Below, piece after piece: positions 1 to 16,429 of a stretch of DNA of 64,000 bases. The position numbers were made by a program, and so were the translations under genes. How positions within the stretch are numbered: the first letter of the stretch is position 1; each line of letters begins with the position of its first letter. This DNA is from the human T2T-CHM13v2.0 reference genome, Homo sapiens, in the NCBI RefSeq assembly GCF_009914755.1, contig NC_060925.1. One strand, 5' to 3'. The notes below the pieces were generated by a model. That model was not told where the DNA came from, searched no databases, and was given only the letters and a program-made list of their open reading frames with translations.

Positions 1-599
1 AGAAGGTTATAATTAAGGAGGACGTTTTTGATAAATATAAGAGAATGCATGTAACGTATATCAAATTTTTAAGACATAATTACACAAGAAACACTAGTAA
101 TTCCAAATCCAACAGAAGTATTGGACCACCACCAGAACTGTTGAATGAACTCATGTTTTCTTCTTCTTTCCCACCTTCTTAGCCCTTAGAGTTAAGTATT
201 TATGTAATTTTTAATTTATTATTACCTTGTTTCATTAAACATGTGTTTTTACCAAGTAAATGTTTTCTCTTGTTCTACTTAGCATCTATTCTAATCCTTC
301 AATCATACAAAAACTTTATGCTTTTGACTAACATGAGGAAATCATATATTACCTTTTTATTTTCCTTATTATGTCAATGAACATAATAAGAAAATACAAT
401 ACGTATAGTAACAAAAATAGAAAGCACAGAAGTGAATTGTAGATAATTTGAAAAGAGCAGGAGCATGCAAACAAGAAAGAAAAGTAGGTCATAACTCCTA
501 ATTCAGGAGCAAACACTCTTAAAATGTTGATATTTTTCTTTACACTATTTTCTATGTGTGTAAAGAGATATAATAGATAGGTGAAAGAAACAAAAATAG

Positions 600-1750
600 A
601 GATTGGAGACACTCTCATCCTTCATCTCTTCTGAAAGGGTAGACACAAAGTGTAACAGTCATGGTAACCATCTCAACTCCAGGAATTCCAGACAACATCT
701 CTTCTTCCTTAGTTATGGATACAGCTTCTAGTGATCTTTGGATGATCTATGAGAGTAAAGTTAAGCATTACCAGAAAGCCTTATTCCAAATAAGAGAGAA
801 ATTTATTTCAGCAAACATACATAGAAGAAAATACATAAATGGATAATAGTTTGTTTGATGGAAATATAACAGAAATATACTCTGGTAATGCAGTTTATAT
901 TTTGCAGTTGATCAAAAGGCTATAGTTGATATTTATTGTTCCCTTTGGTATTTACCTACACCTTTTTTTCCATCACCCTCAGGTAACATCTCAGCTGTTT
1001 AGAATTATCTGCTTCATGGGGTAAGTTAAATTACTTTTGAAGGACCTGAGTCCATTATGATCTGCATTTATTGGATTCCTGTATTTTTCTATTGACATCT
1101 ACCATTTACCATGGAAGTTTCAAGAGGTACTCAGGAAAGGATTTAGATTCCATTCATAGTTTACCCTGCCTCTGTTGAGCACAAGCAGCCTTATTTCACT
1201 TTGGTATGTGGAATCAATCATTCTGTCCTATCTTTGGTTCAATGGCATGTGGATCTTGTTGTCACACTCAACGTAAAATAGCAAGACCAATGTCACAAGC
1301 CATATTGAAAGTTTTTCTCCAATAAGAACTAATAACCCTAGATAAAAAAAAATCTAAGACTGTGAGAAAAGAAAAAAAAATATTTTGTGAGCTAATAGTT
1401 AAATGATTTAGTAAGAGGGACCATGCACACTTCCTCTCCTTACTTTTCAGACTTGTGTATTCTGATTATGAAAGAAATAACACCATATATTACATTGTGT
1501 AGGACAGTACCTACCTTCACTGGACTGTTTTAGCAGGTGCCATAACTGAATTTTCAATAAGCCATTTCACCATTCTATTAAAAGTATTACAGGAAGAGAA
1601 ACTAAATCTGTATAACTTTCTCCTTCCATAATCTCCCACCAAGAGCCTGATTGATCTCCCAAAGCAAGCACCATGTCATAGGTTCCGCATTGGCCTTTGA
1701 TTTTAGGTTTGGCACAGGAGTAATTCTTCCATTCATTGCTTGGCCAGAGT
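600..1750 (-). mobile_element. Highly degenerate ERV-L/MLT1-type internal fragment (integrase C-terminus/dUTPase-like region)
   Basis: Reverse complement contains ATAGAATGGTGAAATGGCTTATTGAAAATTCAGTTA and GATTGATTCCACATACCAAAGTGAAATAAGG, resembling the HERV-L pol end/dUTPase region. No ORF. Boundaries approximate. Confidence 0.55.
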
Positions 1751-1754
1751 CTGC

Positions 1755-2171
1755 AGGACAGGTTTGGCAGCATTGTATCCTTGTCTTCAAAGCAGCATGC
1801 TCCCTTTTGGCCCAGGATGTGTCTAGAAATGTTAACTGAAAGCTATGATATGGAAAGGGTGACTCACAACTCTGATTGTTGCCCTACTTTCCTGTGTCTG
1901 ATTTGGTATCAGAATGATGCACAAAAAAGTCCTCTTTCCTCTCCTCTCCTCAAGAGGAAGAAAGGGGTCTGTTTTGAAGCCATGAGCTGTGCTGCCTGGG
2001 GTAGGGGTAGGGGTAGAGATGGTGTAAGTATTGCCTTAGCCATCCTTTCTGGTGCCTCAGTAATTTGTGTGCCTTCAAAGTCTACTGGCTCTGAACTCAG
2101 TTCAGCACTAGGACTTACCTAGGAGTTACAGTCCTTGTGGCTAAGACTACTTTTAAAGTTTATTTAGGGCC
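1755..2171 (-). mobile_element. Old L1 (L1MA/L1PB-type) 5' UTR fragment
   Basis: Matches the remembered antisense L1M 5'UTR (GGCCCAGGATGTGTCTAGAAATG ... AGCACTAGGACTTACCTAGGAGTTACAGTCCTTGTGGC ... AAGTTTATTTAGG); cut off by the MST LTR. Confidence 0.75.
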
Positions 2172-2591
2172 TGATATAGTTTGGGTATATGACCCCTCTA
2201 AATCTCATGTTGAATTGTAGTCCCCAGTGTTGGAGGTGGGGCCTAGTGGATGATGATTGCATCATGGGGGCAGATTTCTCATGAATGGTTTAGCACTGTC
2301 CCCTTGGTGCTGTCCTCATAATAGTGAGTGAGTTCTCATGAGATCTAGTCATTTAAAAGTGAGTGGCACCTCCCCCCACACTCTTGCTCTTGCTCCTGCT
2401 TTGGCCCTGGGAAGAGTCTGCTCCCCTATTGCCTTCCTCCTTGATTGGAAGCTTTCTGAGGCCACAGCAAAAGCAGATGTACAGCAGATGCATCTTGTAC
2501 AGCCTGCATAATTATGAGCCAATTAAACTTCTTTTTTAAATTAATTACCTAGTCTCAGACATTTCTTTATACCAATGCAAGGGCTAATACA
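2172..2591 (+). mobile_element. MaLR LTR (MSTA/MSTB)
   Basis: Starts TGATATAGTTTGG...AAATCTCATGTTGAATTG and ends CTAATACA; internal MST motifs present. Confidence 0.9.
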
Positions 2592-3915
2592 AAAAATTGG
2601 TACCAGGAGTGGGACATTGCTAGAAAAATGGCTGAAAATGTGGAAGCAACTTTGGAATTGGGTAACAGGCAGAATTTGGAAGAATTTGAAGAGCTCAAAA
2701 GGAGAAAGACAGATGAAGAAAAGTTTCTAATTTCTTAAAGACTGATTAAACAGTTGGGAGAAAAATGCTGATAGTAATATGGACAGTGAAGTATAGGCTG
2801 CTGAGGTCTCAGATGGAAATGAGGAACTTATTGGAAACTGGCACAAAGGTAACATGTGTTACGCTTTAGCAAATAACTTAACTGCATTGTGTTCATGTCC
2901 TCGGGCTCTGTGGAAGATGGAAATTTAGAGTGATACTTTAGGGTATCTGGTGGAAGAAAATTCTAAACAGCAAAGCATTCAAGATGTGACCTAGCTGCTT
3001 CTAACAACCTCTGCTCTAACATGGGATCTAGGAAATGACTTAAGGTTGAAATTATATTTAAACAGGAAACAGATCATAATTGGAATATTTGCAGCCTGGC
3101 CATGTGACAGCGCAATACATAGCTCTTTAAGTAGTGTTATTCAAGCAGGCTGTGGAGCAACCACTTACTAGAGAAATGTGCATAACTGGAAGGGAGCCAA
3201 GGGCTGATAGCCAAGACAATGGAGAAAAGGCCTCAAAGACACTTCAGAGATCTCCCAGGCAGCATCTCTCATCACAGACTCAGATATCTAGGAGGTAAGA
3301 ATGTATTTGTGCGTTATTCCCATGGTACTACTCAGCCTTGGGACACTTTTCCCCAAATCCCAGCCACTCTGGCTCCAGCCTCAACTCACAGGGGTCTGGT
3401 TACAGCTTAGTCTGCAACTCCAGCACCTGAAGGTGCAAACTGTAAGCCTTGACAGCTTCCATGTGGTGTGAATCCTGCAGATGGACAGAATTCAAGAGTG
3501 ACAGAGGCTTAGCAGCCTCTGCCTAGATTTTGTGGGATGTATGAGAAAGCCTGTGTGTCCAGGCAGAAGCTTGCTGCAGGGGCAAAGCTGCCCCAAAAAA
3601 CCTCTACTAGGGCAGCGTGGAGGGGAAGTAGAAGGTTGGAGGTTCCACACACAATTCCCATGGAGCACTGCCTACTGGAGCTATGGGAAGGGGATCATCA
3701 TCCTCCAAATCCCAGAATGGTAGATCCACCAGCACCTTGCACCCTTCCCCTGGAAAAGCCACAGACATACAACTCTAGCCCATGGCAGCAGCCATGGGGG
3801 CTGAACCTTGCAAAGCCACAGGGGTGGAACTGCCCAAAGCTTAGCATCCCAAACCTTACACCAGTATGCCATGTATGTGGGACATAGCGTCAATTGGGAG
3901 ATTATTTTAGACTCC
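2592..3915 (+). mobile_element. MST internal sequence, 3'-truncated (no second LTR)
   Basis: AAAATTGGTACCAGGAGTGGG follows the LTR directly; typical THE1/MST-int motifs (GAGGTCTCAGATGGAAATGAGGAACTTATTGG; TGTCCAGGCAGAAGCTTGCTGCAGGGG). Confidence 0.88.
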
Positions 3916-6900
3916 AGGAGTCTCAAAGGTCTCTCTAGGGAGCACTAATTTTCTCTAGGTGTATTTCTGTTTTTGATGTTCCATACATACCCTTTGTGCT
4001 TGTTATTTTCATCACTTTGCCCCACCCTCCCTGTTCTGGGACATATTTTTTTTTCTTCACATCACTTTCCATAGTATCAACGCTGTTATTTCCTTTTCTT
4101 AAAGTATCAGACATTTTCCCCTGCTACTGCATTTAATTTAATTTCAATATTTCCCTATCTCATCCGTCTGCACTTTATTTCAATCTGACTCTCAGCGAGA
4201 AGTTTTGTGATATGTCTTTTGTCTCATCATTCCACATTTCATCTATTACACTAGATCCAAGTTATATTTAATTACATTGAAAACACGGACAGATATATTC
4301 TAACATTTTTCTTTTTTCAAAGCCCCCTTTTATCTTATCCTTGAATGATATAACCATCCTTTTTTTGTCATTGTGGAATTTTTTCATAGGTTAAAACTGA
4401 GGGCTTTTTTCTTCTCTGTTTAATAATATTAATAATAGAAAGATCTATTCAGAGATATAATTTGCATCAAATGAAAAATTTCTTCTGGTTCTTATCATCT
4501 GGTAGATTGCTGTTAGATTCCACATCACAGGCATACTAACACAGAGCCCTGTTTCACACCTAGGTTCATGAAAACTTGACATTTGCCATTCTAAATGCCT
4601 AAGATGAAACTGTCACGCTAATTTTTACCAGGATATAATTGAAGAAGTTGCTCAGATTTGTAGCTCTAAAAATAAGAAACTGACTAAATTTGAGTTTTTA
4701 AAATGTGAGCTACAATATAAATGTTTATATATTAATAATCTTTCTTCCTTTTTTATAATTTCTATAATTCTTCTGACATTATTTCTTATTACAGAACCAG
4801 GGGATCAAAACTATAAAATCAGTAGCTAATGAACAGGACATTTGAGATTGCAGAAAAGATGCCTTTGAAAGATGATGAAAACTGGAACAATTGTTCATTT
4901 TCACCAGGATGGGCATCAGGGAAGGGAATCAACAGAAGCCAGAAAACTAGCACTTGAAGACTTATGCCTTATAATATTTGATGAAAAGATCAGAGGCAGA
5001 GAGTTCCAGAGGTGAATAGACAAACATTTTTATATTAAACATAAAGTTACTTTGCAGTTTTCAATGTGCTGGTGATGCCTCTCTTCTTGCACATAGGATG
5101 GCTCCATTACTTCCAGGCATCACACATAGGAACAACAATTTCTGCAGTTGTCAAGGGGGTGCTTTCATGGATGAGTCTTTATTATGTAAGAAAACATTTC
5201 CAGCATTTGTTTCCATTACATACATTTCAACAAGAAAAACGAAGAAAGTATGTATTTCGCATTTTCTGCCTCTTAGATATAAGCCAGACTCTGCGAGGAA
5301 GGAAGAATGACACACACTCAGTTTATGGGGTTATGTCACATACCACCAGACATTTATATGTGTTTTCCTGGGACCCAAAGGAAACGTTCAAATTTATCAT
5401 CTCACTCTGAACCTCCAGAACAATCCCCAAACTAGTCAACAGTCTAACAATTTCCAGAGAAGATGCTTGAATCTGATTGATTCAGGATTTTGAAGATTGA
5501 AGTGTAGGTGTGTCCTAGTGGTGTGACGTATGCTAATCTATTATCCTGGAAGCATGTTTTGGTTGCTATTTGAATTTAATATATCTAAAAAATTCCAAGG
5601 AATCTTGAACTTACCTCCAAAAATTTACTTCCTCAAATTAAGAAAAAAAAAAAGACTCTTATGACCAGAATAACATAAAACCTAGTACAGGAAAAAAGCA
5701 AACCTATCTTCATATCTTATGACTCATCTATTGCTTTGTTAAATGGTATCTTTAATTCTTGCTTATGTCATTAAATTATCTGTCAGATCCAAGCATTCCT
5801 TCTCATTCTAAGTCCATTCAAAACAGAAATGTTAAGCCGTAGAAGTGGTTGATATAAAATTGCACTATCAGTTTGGAGATAAAGCTACCTGAAGTTAACC
5901 AGCAAGAAACCCTAGAATAACCTAAAAGAGGAGCATCATAGCTGCGTCTCACCTTCTCAGGGAATGGTGAACCTGTAAAAAAAGGGAGTCAATTTCTTAT
6001 GTCTATCATTCTGTTTTGGCAAACTCTATACTAGTCAAACTTGTGGTTTTGCTGCATATCTTTTCTGTTGCTGTCTCCACTACGCTGGTGTACCAACTCT
6101 ATGTCCTGCTGTCTGTCTGTTTATTTTAGCCACTCCCCAAATTACAATATATTGTCATTATCATTGTTTTTCAACACTACATTGTATTTGGATAACAAAA
6201 ATAAGTCTAAATCATAAACCCCCTGTATGACTCAAGGCTTCTCTTGCTTCCAGGTCTCATTACAAATTAGTTGTTTTTAATAGGCTTCTGTTTAGGGGTT
6301 CTATAATAATTTCCCTGGAACATTACGGTTTTTAAGAAAAGGATCAGATATAGGGTGTTCCTTGGAGAATTTCTCTGGTCAAGTTCAATATGTACTGTAT
6401 CAAGTACTCATTTCTTATTATATACTACATGTGGACAATAATTTCCCTTTAGCAGATTTGCATGAGTTTTCCTTTAATTTAAATATTTTGTTAACCATTT
6501 TCATAAGAGCAAAGACAGACAATGGCATAACACTGTTTATTTCTGCATCTTAACTTGATGTTCTTTTATGTGTTATTTTATATGGTTAAAATTTGGAGAA
6601 AAAGTAGAAAAATATTTTCCCCTGGGAGAAAAATAAAAGATACACTTTCATACAACAACTATTTCACTGAAGCTACTGAAACCAGTGTAAATCAATTTAA
6701 TTTTCTATTTTCCATCTGCAGGTATTTTGCTATCATTCAATTGTAGATATGTGAGACTTTTAGTGTAGGTGAATCCATCTTAGAGTACTCTTTACTACAA
6801 GAATAATTTCACTGCACACAATACAAAGTACACTCTACAATCAAGAACTCCATGAGCTGTTTTGTACATGGTCTCCTAAGTGAGCTTAAGATGAAAAATG

Positions 6901-8019
6901 AAATGAAGGAGTTTAAGTAAAACATTCACCAATCTTTTTTCCTCCATTTCAGTAATACACACACATTCTTTCCCCAATCTAGTTCTGGAAATAGTGCTAC
7001 AATTAACAGCTCCCCTGAATATATAGTATAAATAGGTACCTGATCAGAGCAAAATGCTTAGAGAAATGATATAACAAAGCTTAAAAGTAAAAGAAATTGA
7101 GAAACACACCCATAAATAAATAGAAGAGGTAGCTAAAATAAATCATGCAAGAATAATTGTATGTATAAAATCTGATTTTATTTTCAGAAAATATAAGTGG
7201 AAATACATCTACTGAGAAATGTTTGAAAAGACATGAAACAAAGTAAACCATTTGAAAGTCTTAACATGAGAACCTATAATTATGTTCCAAATTATAATAA
7301 AGGTCCTCCAGCTCTAGAAATCTTTATGAAAACAGATGCAGCTGTCCTGAGGAAAATTTTGTATTTAGTGAACCTTAAATTATACATATTCTACAAACCA
7401 GGAACTCTATGTTTTGGTATTTAATTTTGAATTCGAAAACTAAAACTTCAAACCATAATGTCTTCCCTATTTTCAGCTTTAAAATTTCTTTATCTGACAT
7501 AGATTATTTTGCTATTGAGAAGTACTATATGCAAAGCACTGTGGTGAAGGTTTATGTGTATTGTCTAATTTTATGCTATCATAATTATTGGAAAATATTA
7601 AGTTGTATTAAGTCGGAAACAAAACTTTTAGTTAGAAGTGGAGACAATGCAAGTTGCCAAATATAAGGTCAGCATCCAAAGTTCATGTTGTACTGGAAGA
7701 AGCAGACCAGAAAAACAGCAATCAAATTAAAGGATAGTCAGAATACTTTCTTAAAATTCTTCATCTACCTCATTACATTAAACTTTGAATGTTACAGCTA
7801 TCAGGATACAACTTGTGTTTTGGGGGGTTGGGGTATCAAGCTTTTCAGGATTCTGTGACTAAAATGAAAAACAAAAAGAAAACAACAAAACAAACATTTC
7901 TCTTTCAGTTGTGGAAAATACACTGGAAAGCAAAATCATGTTTCTCTTTTTTAAAAATCTGACAACATTTCTTGTTTATTAAAACCCTATTCAATCAACA
8001 TCACTTCTGGCAAAGCTTT

Positions 8020-8210
8020 TCCTAACAAACATAGGTATTCTGTCTCTCCTCTCTGTTCCCATAGCATTTTTCTCATAATACTTTCAGCTTTCCATTATAA
8101 CTTTTGGTTTTATTAGACTGTCTTTGCAAATAATGTTAGTTCACTAAGGTTGTTATTCATTTGTATATCCTAAAGGTAATGTCTAACACATAATAGATCC
8201 TCAAATACAG
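8020..8210 (+). mobile_element. L2 3' end fragment
   Basis: Degenerate ATTAGACTG...ATTCATTTGTATATCC...AACACATAATAGATCCTCAAATA pattern. Confidence 0.5.
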
Positions 8211-8811
8211 CAGAGGAAAAAAAGGGAAAAGAAGAAGGAACAAGGGAGGGAGGAGTAGAATGAAAAGAGAACAGTCAACCAAGCTTTGAAAAAAAGTAAG
8301 AGTATAATTATACAGGAAGTGGTTAAGATTATGTGCAAAAAATGAGTAATAAAAAGTGGAATCAAAGTGGAACAGAAAGAAAAATATAAATTATCTTTAT
8401 TTCATTGAAGGCAAGGAGCTTGACCTCTTGGAGTTTCAAAAGGCTAATAAATAAACGAATATGTATTGCTGAAGCTCTTTGATGTGTAATAAAATAGGAA
8501 AACAAATAACAATTAGGGTCGATTAGCATACACACTAATATGTCTTATAGTAGTAACTATATGACAGAGCCAGACTCTTTCACACATTCAAATATATATG
8601 ACTAGATTTTAAAGCAAAATAACAGGAAATCCATTTCTGGTATTATGAATATATCTTAAATATTTAATTTCCCAATTAATTATGGTTTCTATTACAGCAA
8701 TAATTAAGATGTATATTTCTTAATTTTGGATACACTGGCTATGCTATATGTGAGAAGGTAGTCAGTAGTTTTCTTTATTATCACTATTAGGATCACATCT
8801 AACATTTCTTT

Positions 8812-10894
<2,083 letters not shown>

Positions 10895-10925
10895 TAATAT
10901 TTCTTTACTTGAACATTCTCACTAT

Positions 10926-12033
<1,108 letters not shown>

Positions 12034-12789
12034 TATGATTGACATGTATAAAAAAATAAGCTTTATCTTTCATCTTTTGCTAATCTTTCTCACATGCTCT
12101 AATTAATAGATCTATACATGAAACTTTAACAGATATGTCACGATGTAGATATCCTTCAATCTTATGATTTAAACTGCTGTAAGCATATCACTATTTGTTA
12201 GTTTCTGTTCTTTACAATGCTATTTGTTGAACATGCAGCTGCACAATTAATTTTTCCCTCCCTCAGCTCATCTTACTTCAGTTACTTAAAGAACAATTTC
12301 TTGCTCACAAGAGAATTGGGCTGAAACTGTTATTTTTTGCATTTTAAAATTTCTATTGAATGGCTCCCTTATATCTAGTTAACAATCTGTATATGCACTC
12401 TTCGAGGAGGACTGCAGTCTTTCAATGAATCCATCTGGGCCTTGTTCCATTTTTAAATCTAGGGCATTCTCCCATTTGACTGCCTTCTGAAGAAACATTC
12501 TAAAATTTGAGGTTCAAATATGTGAGTTATTTAATTACTTTAAGATACAAGTTAAAGCACACATTTTCTGTCATATATTGTGTATTTGTGTTCCTCTCTA
12601 CACTAAACACAGCCCACCTTGCTTTTCTTGCGGGCACAGATTTTTGTTTTTTTTTTTTTACAATAATGAGATATATGGAAGATTTGGGCACGTCAAAGGT
12701 GCACAAAATATAGAATAAATAAAATGAGACTGCTATCAAAATGACTTCTGCGGTTTTAATATAATGTACATAGCAAATTCTGGAACTAA

Positions 12790-13278
12790 TTTATTGATTT
12801 TTTTGTGGTTGCTATAACAGAATACCACAAACTTAGTGACTTAAACAATACAATTTTATTGTCTTAGACAATAAAGTGGCACTCGTCTCATTTGGCAAAA
12901 AGCAGTGTTGGCAGGACTGAATTTCTTTTCGGAGGCTCTAGAGTAAAATTTGTTTCCAGCTTCTCCAGCTACTGCAGGCCATGCACATTCCTTGGCTCAT
13001 GGACTGCTTCCTCCTTTTTCATATCCAGCCAATAGTGAGTGGAGTCCTAATAAAGATGCAGTCTCTGTTTCTCTGCAATTGGGAAAGGGTCTCTGTTTTT
13101 CAAAACCCATGAGATAGATTGGGCCCATTTGGATAATCCAGGATTATCTTTCCATGTCGTGGTGTTTAACTGTAATCAAATCTACAAAGTCCTGTTTGCT
13201 ATAGAAAATATCATATTCACAGGTTCCAAGGATTAGATGATGGTCATCTTTGAAGGGCAATTATTCTGCTTTCCACAC
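12790..13278 (-). mobile_element. MLT1C/D-type MaLR solo LTR
   Basis: GCTATAACAGAATACCACAAACTTAGTGACTTAAACAA ... GGATAATCCAGGATTATCT ... CATATTCACAGGTTCCAAGGATTAG ... TTCCACA. Confidence 0.85.
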
Positions 13279-13762
13279 CTTCAAATCCATGGATCTATAA
13301 TTATCTCTCATGTATTCAATCTATGCACTGACAATATGAGCTAGAGTAATTCAAAAGCTCAAGAGTATCATTTAAAAACTATTGTAAGATTAATCATTAA
13401 ATAAAAAAGAAATGCAAACACAAATAATAACTAAAAAAAAATCTTACATCGTCTCAAAACTAACCCCAACCCCATTCCTTCAGCCATAGTAATGACTATA
13501 TCTGTGTCTTATATATGTATGGATGGATTCATTCACACATAAGTAGGATCATACTTTAACATTATTTAACGATTTCTTACTATATTTAATAAGTTTATTA
13601 TAGGTTTTACAAGTCATTGAATATAGATTCACCTCATTACTTGATAAAACTATAACAGAATATGTTAAATCATCTTCATATTAAAGGAATTCAAATTATG
13701 TCTCTTTTTAACCATTAATACTTTAATGAACATTTTTGGAATTAAAACTTTGAGTAAGTGTG

Positions 13763-14100
13763 TGTATTAAGTCAGGACTCTGGTTGCACAAAACAAAAGT
13801 GCAATTTAAATAGCTAAACAAAAACAATATATTAGCTAAAATAATTGAGAAGCTAAAAGGTACAATGTAATTCAAAAACTGTTACATTTAGGGGTTAAAC
13901 AATGGTATCAGGCAATGTCTATCTATATCTCAGCTTTTCTCTCTTTTGTTTCATTCTGAGATGGAGTCACTAAATATAATAGGAAGACAGTATCCAGTGA
14001 TCCAAGCTTACATCCAAAGAAAGGAGTGTAACAAATATTTTGGAAAGATCCACTAAATACTGATTGGGCTAGTGTGGGTCATATATGTCCAGAGTGTGGA
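13763..14100 (-). mobile_element. Old MLT1J/K-like LTR fragment
   Basis: TGTATTAAGTCAGGACTCTGGTTGCA...; very degenerate. Confidence 0.4.
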
Positions 14101-14322
14101 ACGCAATTATTGTGGATAAGGATATGGAATATCCTATCTCCAAATTTGAGTCAAGGAAGCTTGAATGAGAGAACATGGATCTAGCCCGAATGAAACAACA
14201 CAGATGTAAAAGATTTAGGTGGTTTAGAGGAGGGGTTATTTCCTAAAGGAAAAGAGCTACAAACTGTGTATTCCTGTGTAGTCCCTGAGACAAAAGGTAT
14301 GCTCATATTGAGATCTGATATT

Positions 14323-15051
<729 letters not shown>

Positions 15052-15399
15052 GTAGGTATTGTCAAATTTACTTATAGAAATATTACATTTTTAACACTTC
15101 TGCCATAATATAAAAGAGTAACTAAGCCATATTCATTATTGAATATTATCAGCATCTTCTACGTTTTGACCATTCGAAAATGGTATCTCATTTTAAATAT
15201 AGTTATTTTCCTAATGAAGAAAAATAAAATATTTTGCATTTTTTCTGGTCATTTTGTATTTCATTCATATTCATTCTATGAATTCACTGTTTCTATCTTT
15301 TCTTCATGTTTATAGGTTTTTTATTTAATATTCTCTGTTTGCTTTTATGTTGAAAATACATTCTTCTAGTTTGTTGTGTCTTTAAATTTATTCATTTGC

Positions 15400-16350
15400 A
15401 TGTATGCCTGAGTGTGAGAGCTCTGAGAATCATAAAAGCAAAATGGAATTAGATGTGCAAGAAATACATTAGGAAACAACCATGGAATAACATGGGGAGC
15501 ATGTCCAGGAAGGCTGGAGGAGCCAGTTGGATGACAATGGAAATCTAATTACTGAAGAGGAAAGGAACAAGAAACAATGGGTAGTAAAAGTCATGGACTA
15601 TAGTGAAGTTCTAAGAAAGCATTGTCAAAGCCAATGGGAAGTCCACAGCCAAAGTCACCAAACAGAGGAATCACCCATCACCTAGGAATAGGTCTACCAT
15701 GGTATCCATACTGCACACTGTCATTTGTTGGGAGCAGCTCATGTGAAGCACATTCTTTATGTAAACACAATGCTGTGTTTCAGAGCACAGAAGGTGGCAT
15801 CTTTGATCAATTATGACCTCTGCAGAAAGAAGTCTAAGGAATTTACTTTCATGGCTTCTGCAGCCTATTTGCTTCAAGATATATTACTTGTGCTTCCCCT
15901 GCTCTGTTCACTAATGTAGAGAACTTCATTTCTCAGACTCTCCTGCCAACTTCCTTTAGGTGATTTCAGCCAATGGTAGATGCTCACAGAAGGCTTGGAA
16001 GTGGGGAGAAAGGACAATATTTATCCCTGTCTTGTGCTGTTTTAGAGGGTGCCTCCAGCACTGGTTGCACCTTCTCCAGGGTCACAGCTTTTGCAGAACT
16101 GCTCCTCCCACTTTAATTCCAGTTATTTTAAGCTGTTGCTGCCACTATGGTTCTAGTTCTCTTTAGAGACACCAGCTTCTGGGATTGCATAATCTACCTT
16201 TTCTATTTGCCTCTTGAGCTTCCTGCTCTTTCTAATTTCTAGGTTGCCCAGTTATCCCCTCTTTGGATCTTCAGTTCTTTTATCATCTATAAACTAATTT
16301 CATGTATTAAAGTTTATTTGTTTGAAACACCTAGAAAAGATTTTATTTTT
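15400..16350. mobile_element. Old ERV-L LTR fragments (LTR33/LTR41-like)
   Basis: GGAATTAGATGTGCAAGAAATACATTAGG and TTCAGCCAATGGTAGATGCTCACAGAAGGCTTGGAAG motifs; degenerate. Confidence 0.45.
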
Positions 16351-16429
16351 CTTACTGCATACTGATATTTTTTCCTGTGTAGAAAAGTTTTAAAGAAAAT
16401 TATTTGTGCTTTAATTTATGTTTCAGACG

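Noticed and set aside
1997-2016. GGGGTA x3 as a G-quadruplex
   Set aside because: Only three G-runs; a slippage expansion inside an L1 5'UTR.
3219-3926. Cluster of ORFs up to 116 aa
   Set aside because: Chance ORFs in the GC-richer MST internal sequence.
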